Under the pieces are notes generated by a model. The model was not told the origin of the DNA and did no database searches. It saw nothing but the letters and a program-made list of their open reading frames with translations. Shown piece by piece: positions 1-13,751 of a DNA stretch of 64,000 bases. A program made the translations under genes and the position numbers. Every line of letters begins with the position of its first letter. Within the stretch, counting starts at the first letter, position 1. This stretch comes from the human T2T-CHM13v2.0 reference genome, Homo sapiens. Location: NCBI RefSeq assembly GCF_009914755.1, contig NC_060927.1; one strand, given 5' to 3'.

Positions 1-1747
1 ATCAAATTGTTCAAAGGCCAGTTCATGCCACAGCCCAAGGAACCGCTACTGGGAGAAGGTGGAAACCCTAAACCACAACCAAGTCCATCCATAGGGTTTT
101 CCCCATGAAGGTTACCACAACATACTTAACATTGTTACAGACAAATTGCTGCCATTACCAAGCCAAACAATTCTGTCTTTATGTTTTTAAATAGCTTTGG
201 TAACTCTTTAGAAACTTTACAGCTGGAAAGGAACTGCATCTTGATGGAGCTACGTTTATAGAATTTTGTTCTATGCCCCTTTTTCATTTGTTTCCTGATT
301 TAGACAATAGCCCCAATTTCCAGCTGCACATCAGTTACTCACAAGCCTGGTCTGAGTCTGTGATTCAGCCAAGCTCTGCACAATTGTCCCACAGCTCCCA
401 ATAGTTTATCATCATTGTTTTGTATAATTGGAAACAGAATTATTTATATGCCCCTGCCTACTCTGCAAGCAAATTTACAAGGCAACTGTGTCTCTTAATC
501 TATAGTAGACCTAATGTAAACAGTAATGCAAAAGAGTATTCAGATTTATTGTAGGACTTCCTTAAAGATCAATATTTAAAATGAATACATATTGTGCTAA
601 TTTAAACATGCAACATATCACAGAGCTATTTACACAAGAAATTTACAATGGCCTAAGACATTTTTATACTCTATTCCTACTTCCTAGGAATATCTTTTAT
701 CAAAAGGAAAGAAAAAAAGAGTTACAAGTTCAATGTTAATTCGCCTTATTTATAAACACTCATCTAAATCTGTAACCTCAACAGACAATATATTAAGCTA
801 CCAAATGAGGAATTAAAGTTACATTGAGTGTGACCCAAATAGGAAAATAAAGCTGACCGCATCCTCTGCAGTACAAGATGTACAGTTCAGTGTAGACAAC
901 AGTGTGGGACTCTGCAAAACCAAGGCTCAACTTGCTGATCTTAAAGCAGTTATTTCAGTTTTCCTCTGCCGTCCCTGGATGCTATGGGTTTAAATCACTC
1001 CCTGTCTTTGTTTAGACCTCATCTTGGAGGCTTAAAATAGTATCTCGTTGACAAGAATCTGAGGTCTTTCAGACCTAATATCACATCAAGCTGCTAGGCT
1101 AAGACCTTACATGCCAAGTCTCAGCCTACAATGAATTTTTATAAGTGAGTTATAAACCCCTCAAAAACAGGGTTTATAATGGAAACGCTGACAGACTCTT
1201 AACTATCGAGTTTCTAGTGGGTTCCTGTTTAATATACTGTATTTCTTCCCCTTGAAGATATTAATTTACTTTTTGAAATGTTCATTGCTAAGATTAAGCA
1301 TAGGTTTTTGAAATGTGTTCATAGGCAATTTATGCATGAGTAGAAATGTACTCTTCTCCAGATGTACAGAATACTAATTTGAAAATGATTTATAGGCCAC
1401 ACCGTACTGTACATTCCATTCCCTTCTGAAAAGTTAAGACAAGGCTTTCCTTTGACATAACACCGGGATCCCCTATATATTGTAAATACAGTGTACTAGC
1501 CAGAGTTATTTAAATTCTTGAGACGTCAACTCTAGGATGGGTCAGAATAGAAAGAGTAAGCTGCCAGGACCAAGGGTATCAGCGGTAATTAAAAAATGGG
1601 AGGATTCAGGAAGAGGAAGATTGACATAAACACACATTCAAATAGAAGCTTCTCATCTTAAGGGAGTATTTTCATGTTTTGGCCAAATTAGATCACTTAG
1701 AATTTTAGAGTGTTAGAATTGAATGAATTTTAGAAATCATTTAACTC

Positions 1748-2070
1748 AGATATTGCAAACTGGTGTCCTGGGGGCCAAATTAAGCCCCACAATATAAATA
1801 ATAATCACATGAACAAAAAGTTGGGATTAGATGCTAATAATAATTGAAAATGTTCACCCCAAAAAGGAAATTTCTACTTCTCTTTAAAAATGGAAAGACT
1901 TGGTAACACTTAACTTGCATCTTCCCTTAGAAACAACTTGCTGGGGCTGAGTAGCGCAGCCCCCTTTAGAACAGAAGTGAGTCCCCTGCTTGCCAATGTC
2001 CACTCTTCCTGTTTCACACTTTCATGTCACCATCCTGGTTCCTGATGTAGTCATGTTTGTGAATCTCATC
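1748..2070 (+). mobile_element. MER102-like hAT-Charlie DNA transposon remnant
   Basis: Starts cagatattgcaaactgg...gggccaaatt; contains ctggggctgagtagcgcagccccctttaga, matching my recollection of the MER102 consensus. Confidence 0.65.
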
Positions 2071-2357
2071 CAGAGAATATCTTGTCCAGGAATCCAAGCC
2101 TGTCTGTGGCAGGACTGGGATGAAAGTAAGGTCAAATCTTACACATTTTCCTCACTGCACTATCAGCACATTATACTCTCCTTGGCTAATTCCTTTTTGC
2201 AGGAAAAATGATCCTAGTGAAAAATAAGTTGAAAGATCTAATAATCACAGTCATTGGCAATTATGACTTCAGTGACTCTTCTGAGATCTAATGGAACTCT
2301 TGATCATCCCAAAAGGTATAGTGTTTTAATGCTTGCAAAAAATGTTTGCATCAAAAT

Positions 2358-2842
<485 letters not shown>

Positions 2843-3879
2843 CAGAGATAATTTATGATTTTATTATATTTGAATGAAAACATTAAACAGATTTTAAGTA
2901 TAAAAATCATGTTTAATAAAAATGACTTTAAAAGCAGTTTGAAACTACTTCTAGTAAACAAAATGATGATATAGCATAAAGAACAAAAATATCTTGAGGC
3001 ATAGTGACTTCTTTCCTAAACAAAAGCATTATAAGATTATTCATAGCTAATCACTTCATGGTAATGTGCTTTCATCATTGAGGAAGAAAGGTGTTCCTAA
3101 AATAGCTGAGAAATAAACAGTGTGCATATAAATGTCTGGAGAAGCAGCAGGGAAGGTGCAGTATCTCTGAAGGATGACACAAGATGGATAGGCGTTCCAG
3201 GTTAAGAATAGTTCTCAATGTTTCCTGGAAAGGAATTCCATATCCTCAGGAAGAAGTGACTATCTCAGAATATCCCATCTGGATACACAGTGGGCGGAAG
3301 TCACATTTACAGTAAGAGTTGAGGTTAAGCAGAGGATAAGCTATAATTAATATCTGGTAAAATCAGAAGAGCAGCAGTCACTGATATAAGAAACTATTTT
3401 TAATAATATAGATATAAGAAAAGATCATCTAAAATTTTACTGGATAGCAAGGTCTTTTATTTGCTTTCAGAATCCTGGTGGTACAGGTTTAAAGATCTAA
3501 TTTTCTTAAACCCTGAAAAAACTACATATAAGTACATATGTGTATAAATGTGAGAAAGAGTGTGGATTACTTATGGAGACGAAGAGTTACATAGATTTCT
3601 AAGAAAAGGAGAATGCTTCCTAGTGCAGGTATTGGTGGTTTTTCCTGATATTCTGTTTCAAAGGCTCAAAAATCACAAATGATACAAAAATTTTAGGTAA
3701 TGTCTCATGTCTTCTGTTAGGCTCCATCAAATGCCACCTTGTTGTTCAAAAAGATAGTTTAGAATTTAGAGATGATTTTAACCAATATTGGCAGTCCCTT
3801 AGAAACTTAGAAGCAGCTCTTGTTCCCCCACCACCCACTGACCACGCTGACGATGTGAATGAAAACAGAAATAACATAC

Positions 3880-4120
3880 AGAATTTCAACTTTCACACTT
3901 GAGCCTGTATAACAAGTCAGCACTGTTCTGAAAACTTAACTTATGTTATCTTTAAACCCTATAACAAGATAGAAAAGTAATTATTACTTTACCTCTTTAC
4001 AGATAAGAAAATTAGAACTCAGTGAGAGGAAGGAATTTGCCTGCTCTCACACAGCTGGCAACGAGTCTGAGATTCATGTCTAAATCTATTCCAAAGCTCT
4101 TGACCTTTCTATTATAACAC
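3880..4120 (-). mobile_element. MIR
   Basis: Core tttacagataagaaaattagaactcagtgagagg...ttgcc...cacacagct. Confidence 0.7.
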
Positions 4121-4142
4121 AGTCTTAGTCTTCTAGTCAGCA

Positions 4143-4174
<32 letters not shown>

Positions 4175-4284
4175 ATATTTATATATGTGTGTAAATATAC
4201 AATATATAATGTATATATACACAATGTTATATTACATTATATATACATTATATAATATGTATTATATTATATATATAATGTATA
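4143..4284. repeat. (TA)n/(TG)n low-complexity microsatellite
   Basis: Direct reading. Confidence 0.9.
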
Positions 4285-4573
4285 GCAAAAGATTTGGGTA
4301 CATTTATTAAAATTTGTGGTACAATTTGTGTGAAATGCCTTCACTCCAGTTATCTGTCTATAAAACAAAAGCTCATAACAGCTTCTGTTTATAATTCAAG
4401 CAGTCAAGTTACTAGTAAAGGAAAGACACAGTGGGATTTGGGTAATAAATAATGTCAATCTAATAGCATTATTATAGATATCCCAAACTAGTAATGGCAG
4501 CACTTAGGACATATTTAGGCATATTTTATTTAAATTACCTTATATGTTAAAGTAAGGATCAAAATATCTGTGT

Positions 4574-6324
4574 TAGCTAACAAGGGATGTGAAGGACCTC
4601 TTCAAGGAGAACTACAAACCACTGGTCAGGAAATAAGAGAGGACACAAACAAATAGAAAAACATTCCATCATGGACAGGAAGAATCAATATCATGAAAAT
4701 GGCCATACTGCCCAAAGTAATTTATAGATTCAATTCTATTCCCATCAAACTACATTGACTTTCTTCACAGAATTAGAAAAAACTACTTTAAATTTCATTT
4801 GGAACCAAAAAAGAGCCTGTATAGCCAAGACAATCGTAAGCAAAAAAAAAAAAACAAAGCTGGAGATGTCACATTGCTTGACTTCAAACTATACTACAAG
4901 GCCACAATAACTAAAACAGCATGGTACTGCTACCAAAACAGACATATAGAACAATGGAACAGAACAGAGACCTCAGAAATAACACTACACATCTATAACC
5001 ATCTGACTTCAACAAACCTGACAAAAACCAGCAATGGGGAAAGGATTCCCTATTTAATAAATGGTGCTGGAAAATCTGGCTAGCCATGTGCAGAAAACTG
5101 AAACTGGACCCATTCCTTTCACCTTATTTTGAATTACACTAAAATTAACTCAGGATGGATTAAAGACTTAAATGTAAAACCCAAAACCATAAAAATCCTA
5201 GAAGAAAACCTAGGCAATACCATTCAGGACATAGGCATGGGCAAAGACTTCATGATGAAAACACCAAAAGCAATTGCAAAAAAAGCCAAAATTGACAAAT
5301 GGGATCTAATTAAACTAAAGAGCTTCTACACAGCAAAAGAAACTGTCATCAGAGTGAACAGGCAACCTACAGAATGGGAGAAAATTTTTGCAATCTACCC
5401 ATCTGACAAAGGGCTAATATCCAGAATCTACAAGGAACTTAAACAAATTTACGAGAAAAAAACAAACAACCCCATCAAACAGTGGGCAAAGGATATGAAC
5501 AGACAACTCAAAATAAGACATTTATGTGGCTAACAAACATAGGAAAAAAAGCTCAATATCACTGATCATTAAAGAAATTCAAATCAAAACCACAATGAGA
5601 TATTGTCTCCTGCCAGTCAGAATGGCAATTATTAAAAAGTCAAGAAACAATAGATGCTGGTGAGGCTGTGGGGCAATAGGAATGCTTTTACACTGTTGGT
5701 GGGAATGTAAATTAGTGTAATCATCGTGGAAGACAGTGTGGCGATTCCTCAAGTATCTAGAACCAGAAATAGCATTTGACCCAGCAATCCCATTACTGGA
5801 TTTATACCCAAAGAATATAAATCATTCTTCTATAAAGACATATGCACATGTATGTTTATTGCAGCACTATTTACAATAGCAAAGTCATGGAACCAATCCA
5901 AATGCTCATCAATGATAGACACAATAAAGAAAATGTGGTATATATACACCATGGAATGCTATGCAGCCATAAAAAGGAATGCGATCATGTCCTTTGCAGG
6001 GACATGGATGAAGCTGGAAGCCATCATCTTCAGCAAACTAACACACAGGAACAGAAAGCCAAACACCACATGTTCTCACTCATAAGTGGGACACAGGGAG
6101 GGGAATAACACACACTGGGGCCAGTCGGGAGTGGGGGTGAGGGGAGGGAGAGCATTAGGACAAATAAGCTAATGTATGTGGGGCTTAAAACCTAGATGAT
6201 GGGTTGATAGATGCAGCCAACCACCATGGCACATGTATAGCTATGTAACAAACCTACACATTCTGCATTTGTATCCCAGAACTTAAAGAAAAATAAAAAC
6301 AAACAAACACAAAAACAAAAAACA
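4574..6324 (+). mobile_element. 5'-truncated L1PA (mid-age): ORF2 3' part, 3'UTR and A-rich tail
   Basis: Frameshifted ORF2 peptides ([42 protein letters not shown]); G-rich 3'UTR; probable TSD aaaatatctgt 4561-4571 / aaaatagctgt 6325-6335. Confidence 0.95.
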
Positions 6325-6569
6325 AAAATAGCTGTACCAAGAAACATATTTCTGAAAACACGGCGGCATTATTGTTAGCTACTCTGTGAAAAAGAGCTAT
6401 CTAATATGCAATAGAAATTAGTAATTGAGTGACATTTTCACTGACATGAAACAGTAAATGAAGGGCTATCAACATAATCAAGATCTTGCAAATGTGATAA
6501 GAAAATGATTTAGGGCAAAAGAAGCTAATCAGAAGAAATAGAGATCTCATTCTTTCTCTCTTTCTCCCT

Positions 6570-7175
6570 ATCAATTTTATTGAGATACAATTCATTCACA
6601 TTAAGTAGGCTGATAACTTTTGACAAATGTATACACCATGTAACCACCGCCCTAATTGAGATAGAGAGCAGTTCCACCTCCCCAGAGAGCTCCTTCATGC
6701 CTCCTTTCAGTTTCCCCTTTTCCACCCAACCCTAAATAATTATTGATTATTATAGATTAATTTTCCTCTATTAATCAGTATAGATTAGTTTCCCTGTCCT
6801 AGAATTTCATATAAATATAATTAGAGAGCCTGGATTCTTTGTGTCCAGTTTCTTTCCCTCAGCACAAACTCTAAGAGATTTGCCCATTGAGTGGCATATA
6901 TCAGTATTTCAGTCTTGTTTATTCTAGTACATGAAAATATCAAAGGGATTTATTCTTTCAACTATTAATGGATATTTGTGCAGTTTCAATGTCCTGATTT
7001 TATGATTAATGGTATGTCAAACATGTGTGCACAAGTCTTTTTGTGGAACTATTTTTTCATTGCCCTTGGATAACTACTTAAGAGTGACTTGCCGGAGTAT
7101 ACAGTAAGAAACTTCTAAACTATTTCCCAACGTGGCAGTACCATTTTACATTCCTACCAGCAACGTGTGCGATCT
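6570..7175 (-). mobile_element. Old L1M (L1MD/ME-type) 3' end
   Basis: tttattgagatacaattc...tgacaaatgtatacaccatgtaaccacc...ccattttacattcctaccagcaa. Confidence 0.8.
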
Positions 7176-7429
7176 CTCTCTTTTGAGATTTTTCTACTCT
7201 CATGGGGCTTGAGAAATATACCCTGAGGCCTTGGACATGATCTCAATGATGAGATTGATTAGTAAAAAACAAAAAGAAAAATTAAACACACAAACAAAAA
7301 CACCCTGCTACATATTCACCATCTCAATTATTTGGATGGTGTATCTGCTTGTCTTCTGCTATGGTGCTCACTCCATGACACAGAAGTTAGTGATCTCCTC
7401 ATTCTTCTGTGGTCTTGTCAAATTGACCA

Positions 7430-8577
7430 TCAATGGTCTCTGAATCTATCTTCTTCAGTGATATTATGTGCCACTGACCAATACTTCTTTCTTTAAATAT
7501 GCTCTTTCACAGATTTGCATGGCTCAAACTTTCTAATTTGCTTCCTATTTCACAGACAGTTTCTACTCCATCTCCTTTACTAGTTCTTTCTCTCAGGGTT
7601 GTAGTTTCTGAGGGTTTCATGTTAGGCTGTTTTCCTTTCTCTTTCTGCACTGTCTTATTGAGATGTTTCATCCAGTTCTAGAACTTTAAAGATCATTTGT
7701 GTTCATGGCTCCCAAATTTATATCCTCAGTCTTGACCTCACTAGACAAAAGTCCAGACCTTTGTATCCAGTTGCCTACTTGACATCTAAATCTGGATGTT
7801 TAATAGCTATCTCAAATTTAGTTTCCTTAGTACGGAACTTTTGAAGTACCCTCCTCCCTGCACACTCCTCACCAACACACTCTTTTCTCAGTTGCCTCTA
7901 TCCCCAAAATGGCTCCACCTGCCATCTGTTTTCCCATGCCAAACATCTGAGTGTTATTCTTGATTTTTTCATTTTCTCTATCTGCATTCAATCTATCAGA
8001 AAGCTTTCAGGGGATTCTTTCTACTCTCATGGGGCTTGAGAAATATACCTTGGGGCCTTGGACATGATCTGAATGGTAAGATTGATTAGAATATATCTAG
8101 GAACTACCCACATTTTTTCTCTCTCTCCTTCCACTACACTTCTCAAAATGATCGCTTAATGCAGCAGCATCTCCAGGAATACCCCACAACTGCTTCTCTC
8201 ACAACAGCCAGAGTGATCATTAGACAACATAAATCAGATCATGCCATCCCCTGTTAAAATGCTCTGATGGCTTTCTACTACATGTAGAATAAAACTCAGA
8301 CGCTTTATACCATGACCTGAATAGCTCTACCATACTCCAATGCCTGCAGGACAGAGGCTGTAATCAGCTGTAATGTCAATGAATAAAAGGGAGAAGGTAA
8401 AAAAAAAAAAAGCTAAACTGCTTGTAAGGGGAGGAAATTTAACAAATGACTACTTGCCCTGTCTTTTAAAACAATGTGAAGACAAAACAGGCAACACAGG
8501 CACATCTGTAACAATGTTAAATCTATTCCAAAGCTCTTGACCTTTCTATTATAACATAGTCTTGGTCTTCTAGTCAG

Positions 8578-8632
<55 letters not shown>

Positions 8633-9202
8633 ACAAAAGTACACTGGCTACCTCCACTTTGTCACCTCTCCACTACCAGTTCTAGCCCTCACCTAGCCTA
8701 GTAATCTAATTGCTCTTACTATGCTCCTGGCCTTCCTTATGTTATCCAAATATGCCAAGCTCCTGCTTGCCTTGAGGTCTTCACACCTGCTGTGGCCTCT
8801 TCCTGGAATGCTCTCCTGCCTGGTTTTCACACCAGCTCCTCCTATCATTCAGACCACACTCAAATAGCACTTTTTCAGGGAACCTTCTCTCACCTCCACC
8901 TTTAAAGCAGTCCCCTCATTGTAACTATTATCCTCAGGCATTTACTGTTTCATGTCTGTCAAAATGTCACTTGATTACTGTCACATTACCCCCACTTTGT
9001 TACTTCCTCTCTTTCTTTTTTATTTTTTTTAATACTTTTCACTATTTGAAATTTACCTATTTATTTACTGACAGAATATCAATTTTCATCACAGGAAAGG
9101 AAGCTCCATGAGGGCAAAAATAGTTATCTCTCTTCTTTATACTTGACTTGCATCCTTTAGGCATGTTGTAAGTGCTTGAAAAATATCTTTTGAATTAACG
9201 AG
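7430..9202 (+). mobile_element. L2 element interrupted by two non-L2 insertions
   Basis: ctcccaaatttatatcctcag, ttgcctacttgacatct, aaatcagatcatg, cctggaatgctct, aagctccatgagggca and 3' aaaaatatcttttgaattaa. Confidence 0.8.
8581..8629. repeat. Perfect (TA)24
   Basis: Direct reading. Confidence 0.97.
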
Positions 9203-10744
9203 TCTTTATAGAAGTGAAAAATATGCATGTAAAAAGTAGAGTTAGGTTTGGCTCCAAACTGAAAAGTGTTCTGGAAGATTACAAAAAGCAACGAAAAAAG
9301 AAAGGAATATATGAGAAATTAGATAATTTCATCATGTTTTGGCTTTTTTGCAACTTTCTTTTCTTTTCCTTTGATTAAAAAAATGTTTATACCATGTGAA
9401 ATATTCAACTTTTTGCTCCATTTTGACTCCATGTTCTCAACTTTTATCCTATTAAAAAAGTGTTATGGGGGCCCATTTTCAAAGAGGGACACACCTAAAT
9501 AACTCCAAACAGATGAGCCTGAACCAGTTTTAAAGATCATAAGAGAAAGAAATGCCATAGGCTTTTTGGTGGCTTTAAGTTTTTCTTTTTAAACAAACCT
9601 AGCTGGCCCTTAAACAGAAAAAATCGGCAAAGTTATGTTTTGGTACTCTTTGAAGACTGACCTGACTTTATGAATATTTTACCAATAATACAAAATTAAA
9701 TCAATGTATTTGCCCAGAGAAAATGAAGTTTTTATTTGAAAGAAGGCCCTAAAACTAAACCAGAAGTTTCCGTTTATTTTACCAACTGAGACCCTGACTT
9801 GAGCAGTAAACACTTCCTGCTCCCATGGCTGAAGGGCTATATATTATCTGAAATAATTTCTTTAGTCTGTGACTGGAGGAAGAAAAGTGACTTGCCCTTA
9901 TTTATCTTTTTTAGGGGCTACATGGATTTTAGTGTCCTTGAAAACAAGTGATTGAGAACAAAGAATTAGCAATAATACACATCTGTATGATACCATTCAT
10001 CTAAAGATCCCAAAGCTTTCTTGAGTGTCTACACTGCCCCCATCTTTCAATTGCTAAAGCATTTTGGTTTAAGACAGGCAATACAGCTATATTTGTTCCC
10101 CTTTGTGGCTTTGTAAAAGCCAACTTTTTTTTTAAACTAACATGTATGAACATCAGTGGAAATTAGCAGGCCTCACTCAGCTTGTAGAATTAGCGGTAGA
10201 AAAGAGAACTAAACTAAACTAAAAGAACTAAACTAAACATAGTGGATGGCTGATATATACTTGCCAAATTCAATTTAATTATATGATCAGGTTTTAATAC
10301 AAATAGAAAAGACATATTTGAAGGGACACACTGATGTTTACAAACAGGAATAATGGAGCCCAGGAGTGTTTAAAAAAAAAAAAAAACAAACTCATTCTAG
10401 GAAACTCCATTTTGATTAAAAACAAATTCGTAAATCATTTTTCAGTTATAGCTTTCAGAAGCTCTTGGTTAGAATTCAATAAGGCAAAAAGAGTTTTGGT
10501 TTAGACTTTAAGTCATTGAGTACCCCAATACTAATAAATCCTGTAAAGAAAGTAATTGACAATGAATTTTTTTAAATGTTGCAGTAGATGATTCTGAAAC
10601 TATTCATTTCTACCTAGATTTTTAATAAACATATTTTTGTTAACTAAGGGTGCCAACAAACTGATTATTATTTTATATTACAGCAAAATTTTCTACCATT
10701 AACATAAATAAGTCTTTAGGTTTTCAGAAAAAAAAGTTCTACAG

Positions 10745-10888
10745 GATTATATATTTATATATGTCTAGTATCTATTTTATATATATAATCTATAGGATTA
10801 TATATATCTAAATATCTAATATCTATTATATATATACAAAATCTACATTATAAATATATATACATATATATACACACATATATATAAT
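10745..10888. repeat. Degenerate TA-rich repeat
   Basis: Direct reading. Confidence 0.8.
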
Positions 10889-11008
10889 GTGAATACCCTC
10901 TGCAAAAATCAGAGCATGTGAAGATTTAGAAAACTAAAAGCCTAAAAGCCCAGGCTTTTCTTATAGGGCTTTGAAAATAGAAAGGCAGTTGTTAGAAAAT
11001 CAGTATCA

Positions 11009-12856
11009 TTTATTGAAAGTAGCCATGTTTGTTTAACTTTATTTTATATTCCACTCTATTCCTTGCACAATATTCCTCAGATTAAACTCCTCCAAAAGTA
11101 AAGAACAAAACACTAATGTGAAAAAAAAAGCCTTATGAAGTATTTTCCAGGAGACTCATTGTCTTTTTTTTCCCCCTCCTCTTTCCTTTTTTTTTTTTTT
11201 TTTAAAAAAGCAGACTTTCTTCAAAAGAAGCAATTTTACATGGTGTGTAAAACCAACCTTGGACAAGAAATGGAACACAAAGATAAATCATTTGTGGTGA
11301 ATTTAAACATGAATCCGTGGAGCTCCTCCTTTTCTGAAATCCTCCATTTCTTTTAAAACATTCTGGTAATAAATTGCTGTGAGTTTTTGCCATATCCTAT
11401 GTCCTTACTCACTGGGAACAATTGATGCTTGGAACCCATTCAACGATGGTTACATAGATTTGTGAAAACAGGAGCCGGCTCAGCTTTCCTTTAAGAGTTG
11501 TTTAGTGAAGTTATGCTCATTGACTTTTTACTCTTATTATTAAAATTCCTCATTAAACCTGCCTGAAAACTAAATGTGATTCCTTTTACCTGATGTGGCA
11601 AAATCACCCTCACCCCTTCCAGAACCATTTTATTACAAAAGAACAATAGATTTCCTTGCTGGGTAAAGTAAGAGCAGTGTGACTAATGCACTTTCTATCC
11701 TACAGAAGGCCTAATATTGTTAATTTACAAAATCAATTCAAGGGAACCACTTTGAAGACAAACTAGGGTCGTGCATATGGATCTCTCCAGAAATGATGTG
11801 TCAGTTCCAAGGCTGGCATTCCGCCTCAGCTGGCATCTAGCAGTTTTCACTCTTCCAGGCAATTTGGCCCTTGATTTCAAACAAATGCATCCTGAAGGCC
11901 TAATGCCAGGAATAGTTTGATATGATTTATGCTTCATGTTTTCTCACAACCCAGAAAATTTTAGACCTGAAAGGCATATTTTTTCATTATTTAGCATTTG
12001 CCATGAGTCGTATGTAAGCCAAAGTTATTTTAGTGCCAACCTTTATTTTTCTGGACCTCTGAGTAGAGTCAACTCACGAGTGTTTCCACGTCTTGTTTGT
12101 TGCACAATAGGGAAGTTTTCTGGCTGCTTTCATTGATTTCCAAATCCCGAATCTTTCTTTTCTGATGGTATGATGGTGAAAATAACCTTATTTGGTTGCC
12201 ATCATTTGATGTCAAAATGACGACCATCTAAACTACTTTTTTTCTCACTAGGTTTACTCTTTTAACCAAATTCATAGCAACTCTCTCTTACTTATTTCAA
12301 GCCTATGGGATAGAAATAAGTTGTGTCATTTCTAGTGGTGTTTAGGCATAGGTGTATCTTAAAAGCAATAGTTGAAACCTTCCCAAATCTCTGAAATGAC
12401 ATCTGACCACTGGCTGCCAGGTTGCAAGGTCTTCTGGCTTCCCCCATTTCCTGCATACATTTTTGCTATTTCTGAAATGAGAAGAAATAAATGTACTGCT
12501 AATTTACACAAACCTTCTCTAGTAAAAAAAAAAAAAAAGTACACTATAGGTTAAAAAACATTAAATATTACTAATTCTATATGTTTCAATCTAGTACATT
12601 AAAATAATATTCATGAAAACACTTTACAATATTGGGGAAAAGCCTTGTGAAATTTCACAATATATTGTTAAGTAAGAAAAATAGTTTATAAAATTATGAA
12701 AATGCAATCTTAATTTTGCAAAAGAGATATACAGATATGCATAGCAAAAATACTGTAGGTAGCTCAATAAAAAGTTGACAGTGTTTATCTGTAAAAAAAA
12801 AACAAAAACAAAAACGCACATTAAGCTATCGCCGTGGCCACCATTTACACGGAGTA
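11009..12856 (-). other. Candidate alternative terminal exon (short coding end plus AU-rich 3'UTR), or a 37-nt cassette 12820-12856
   Basis: Acceptor tttattctgttttaAG (12857-12858); exon TACTCCGTGTAAATGGTGGCCACGGCGATAG reads YSV* (phase 0) or xTPCKWWPRR* (phase 2); local CpG retention; repeat-free U-rich downstream sequence with AATAAA at 12042, 11629 and 11009; optional donor AAT|GTGCGT at 12819. Confidence 0.45.
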
Positions 12857-13447
12857 CTTAAAACAGAATAAATATATTACCCTATAATTTAAGTCATAAA
12901 AATCTACTGAGGAAGTTTAGTCTCTACTAGCCACACAAATAAACAGGTATGATACCATAGAGAACAACCGACAGATACCCCATCTCTGTGGGTTCATTTT
13001 GACTTCCTTGCACAAGTAGGTAACAGGAGGGTGGATGATCCGCAGATAGCCAGAGCCATATATTTAGAAGATGAACTCATAACAGAATGATCTGGATTTT
13101 GGCACCTGAGTAAACATGACTACATGGGTTTGTATTAACTTCTATTTGACATTCACAGAGAATTCCCACCTCTTGCCTGCATACATGAACTATAGCTAGA
13201 CTCTTGGAGTCTTTTTTTTTTAATAAAACATTTTTGTGGAGACAATAAAATATATAACACAAAGGAAAGATTCTGATATAGGATTACATTTTGGGTTTGT
13301 AATAAACTAGAACATTGTACTTAAAGATAACACTGCTCAAGTTCAGAAAGATTTTTAAAAAGCAAAATATTTAGCATTTTCGTAAATTATGCACAATTAA
13401 CATAACCTCACTACTATATACATGAAATGTTTAAAAATAAATAAATA

Positions 13448-13751
<304 letters not shown>

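Noticed and set aside
1150-1179. 10-bp perfect inverted repeat ttataaaccc/gggtttataa
   Set aside because: Short and AT-rich; too small for a pre-miRNA and has no context
4799-6108. Longest ORFs (94, 134 and 77 aa)
   Set aside because: Frameshifted L1 ORF2 remnants, not a host gene
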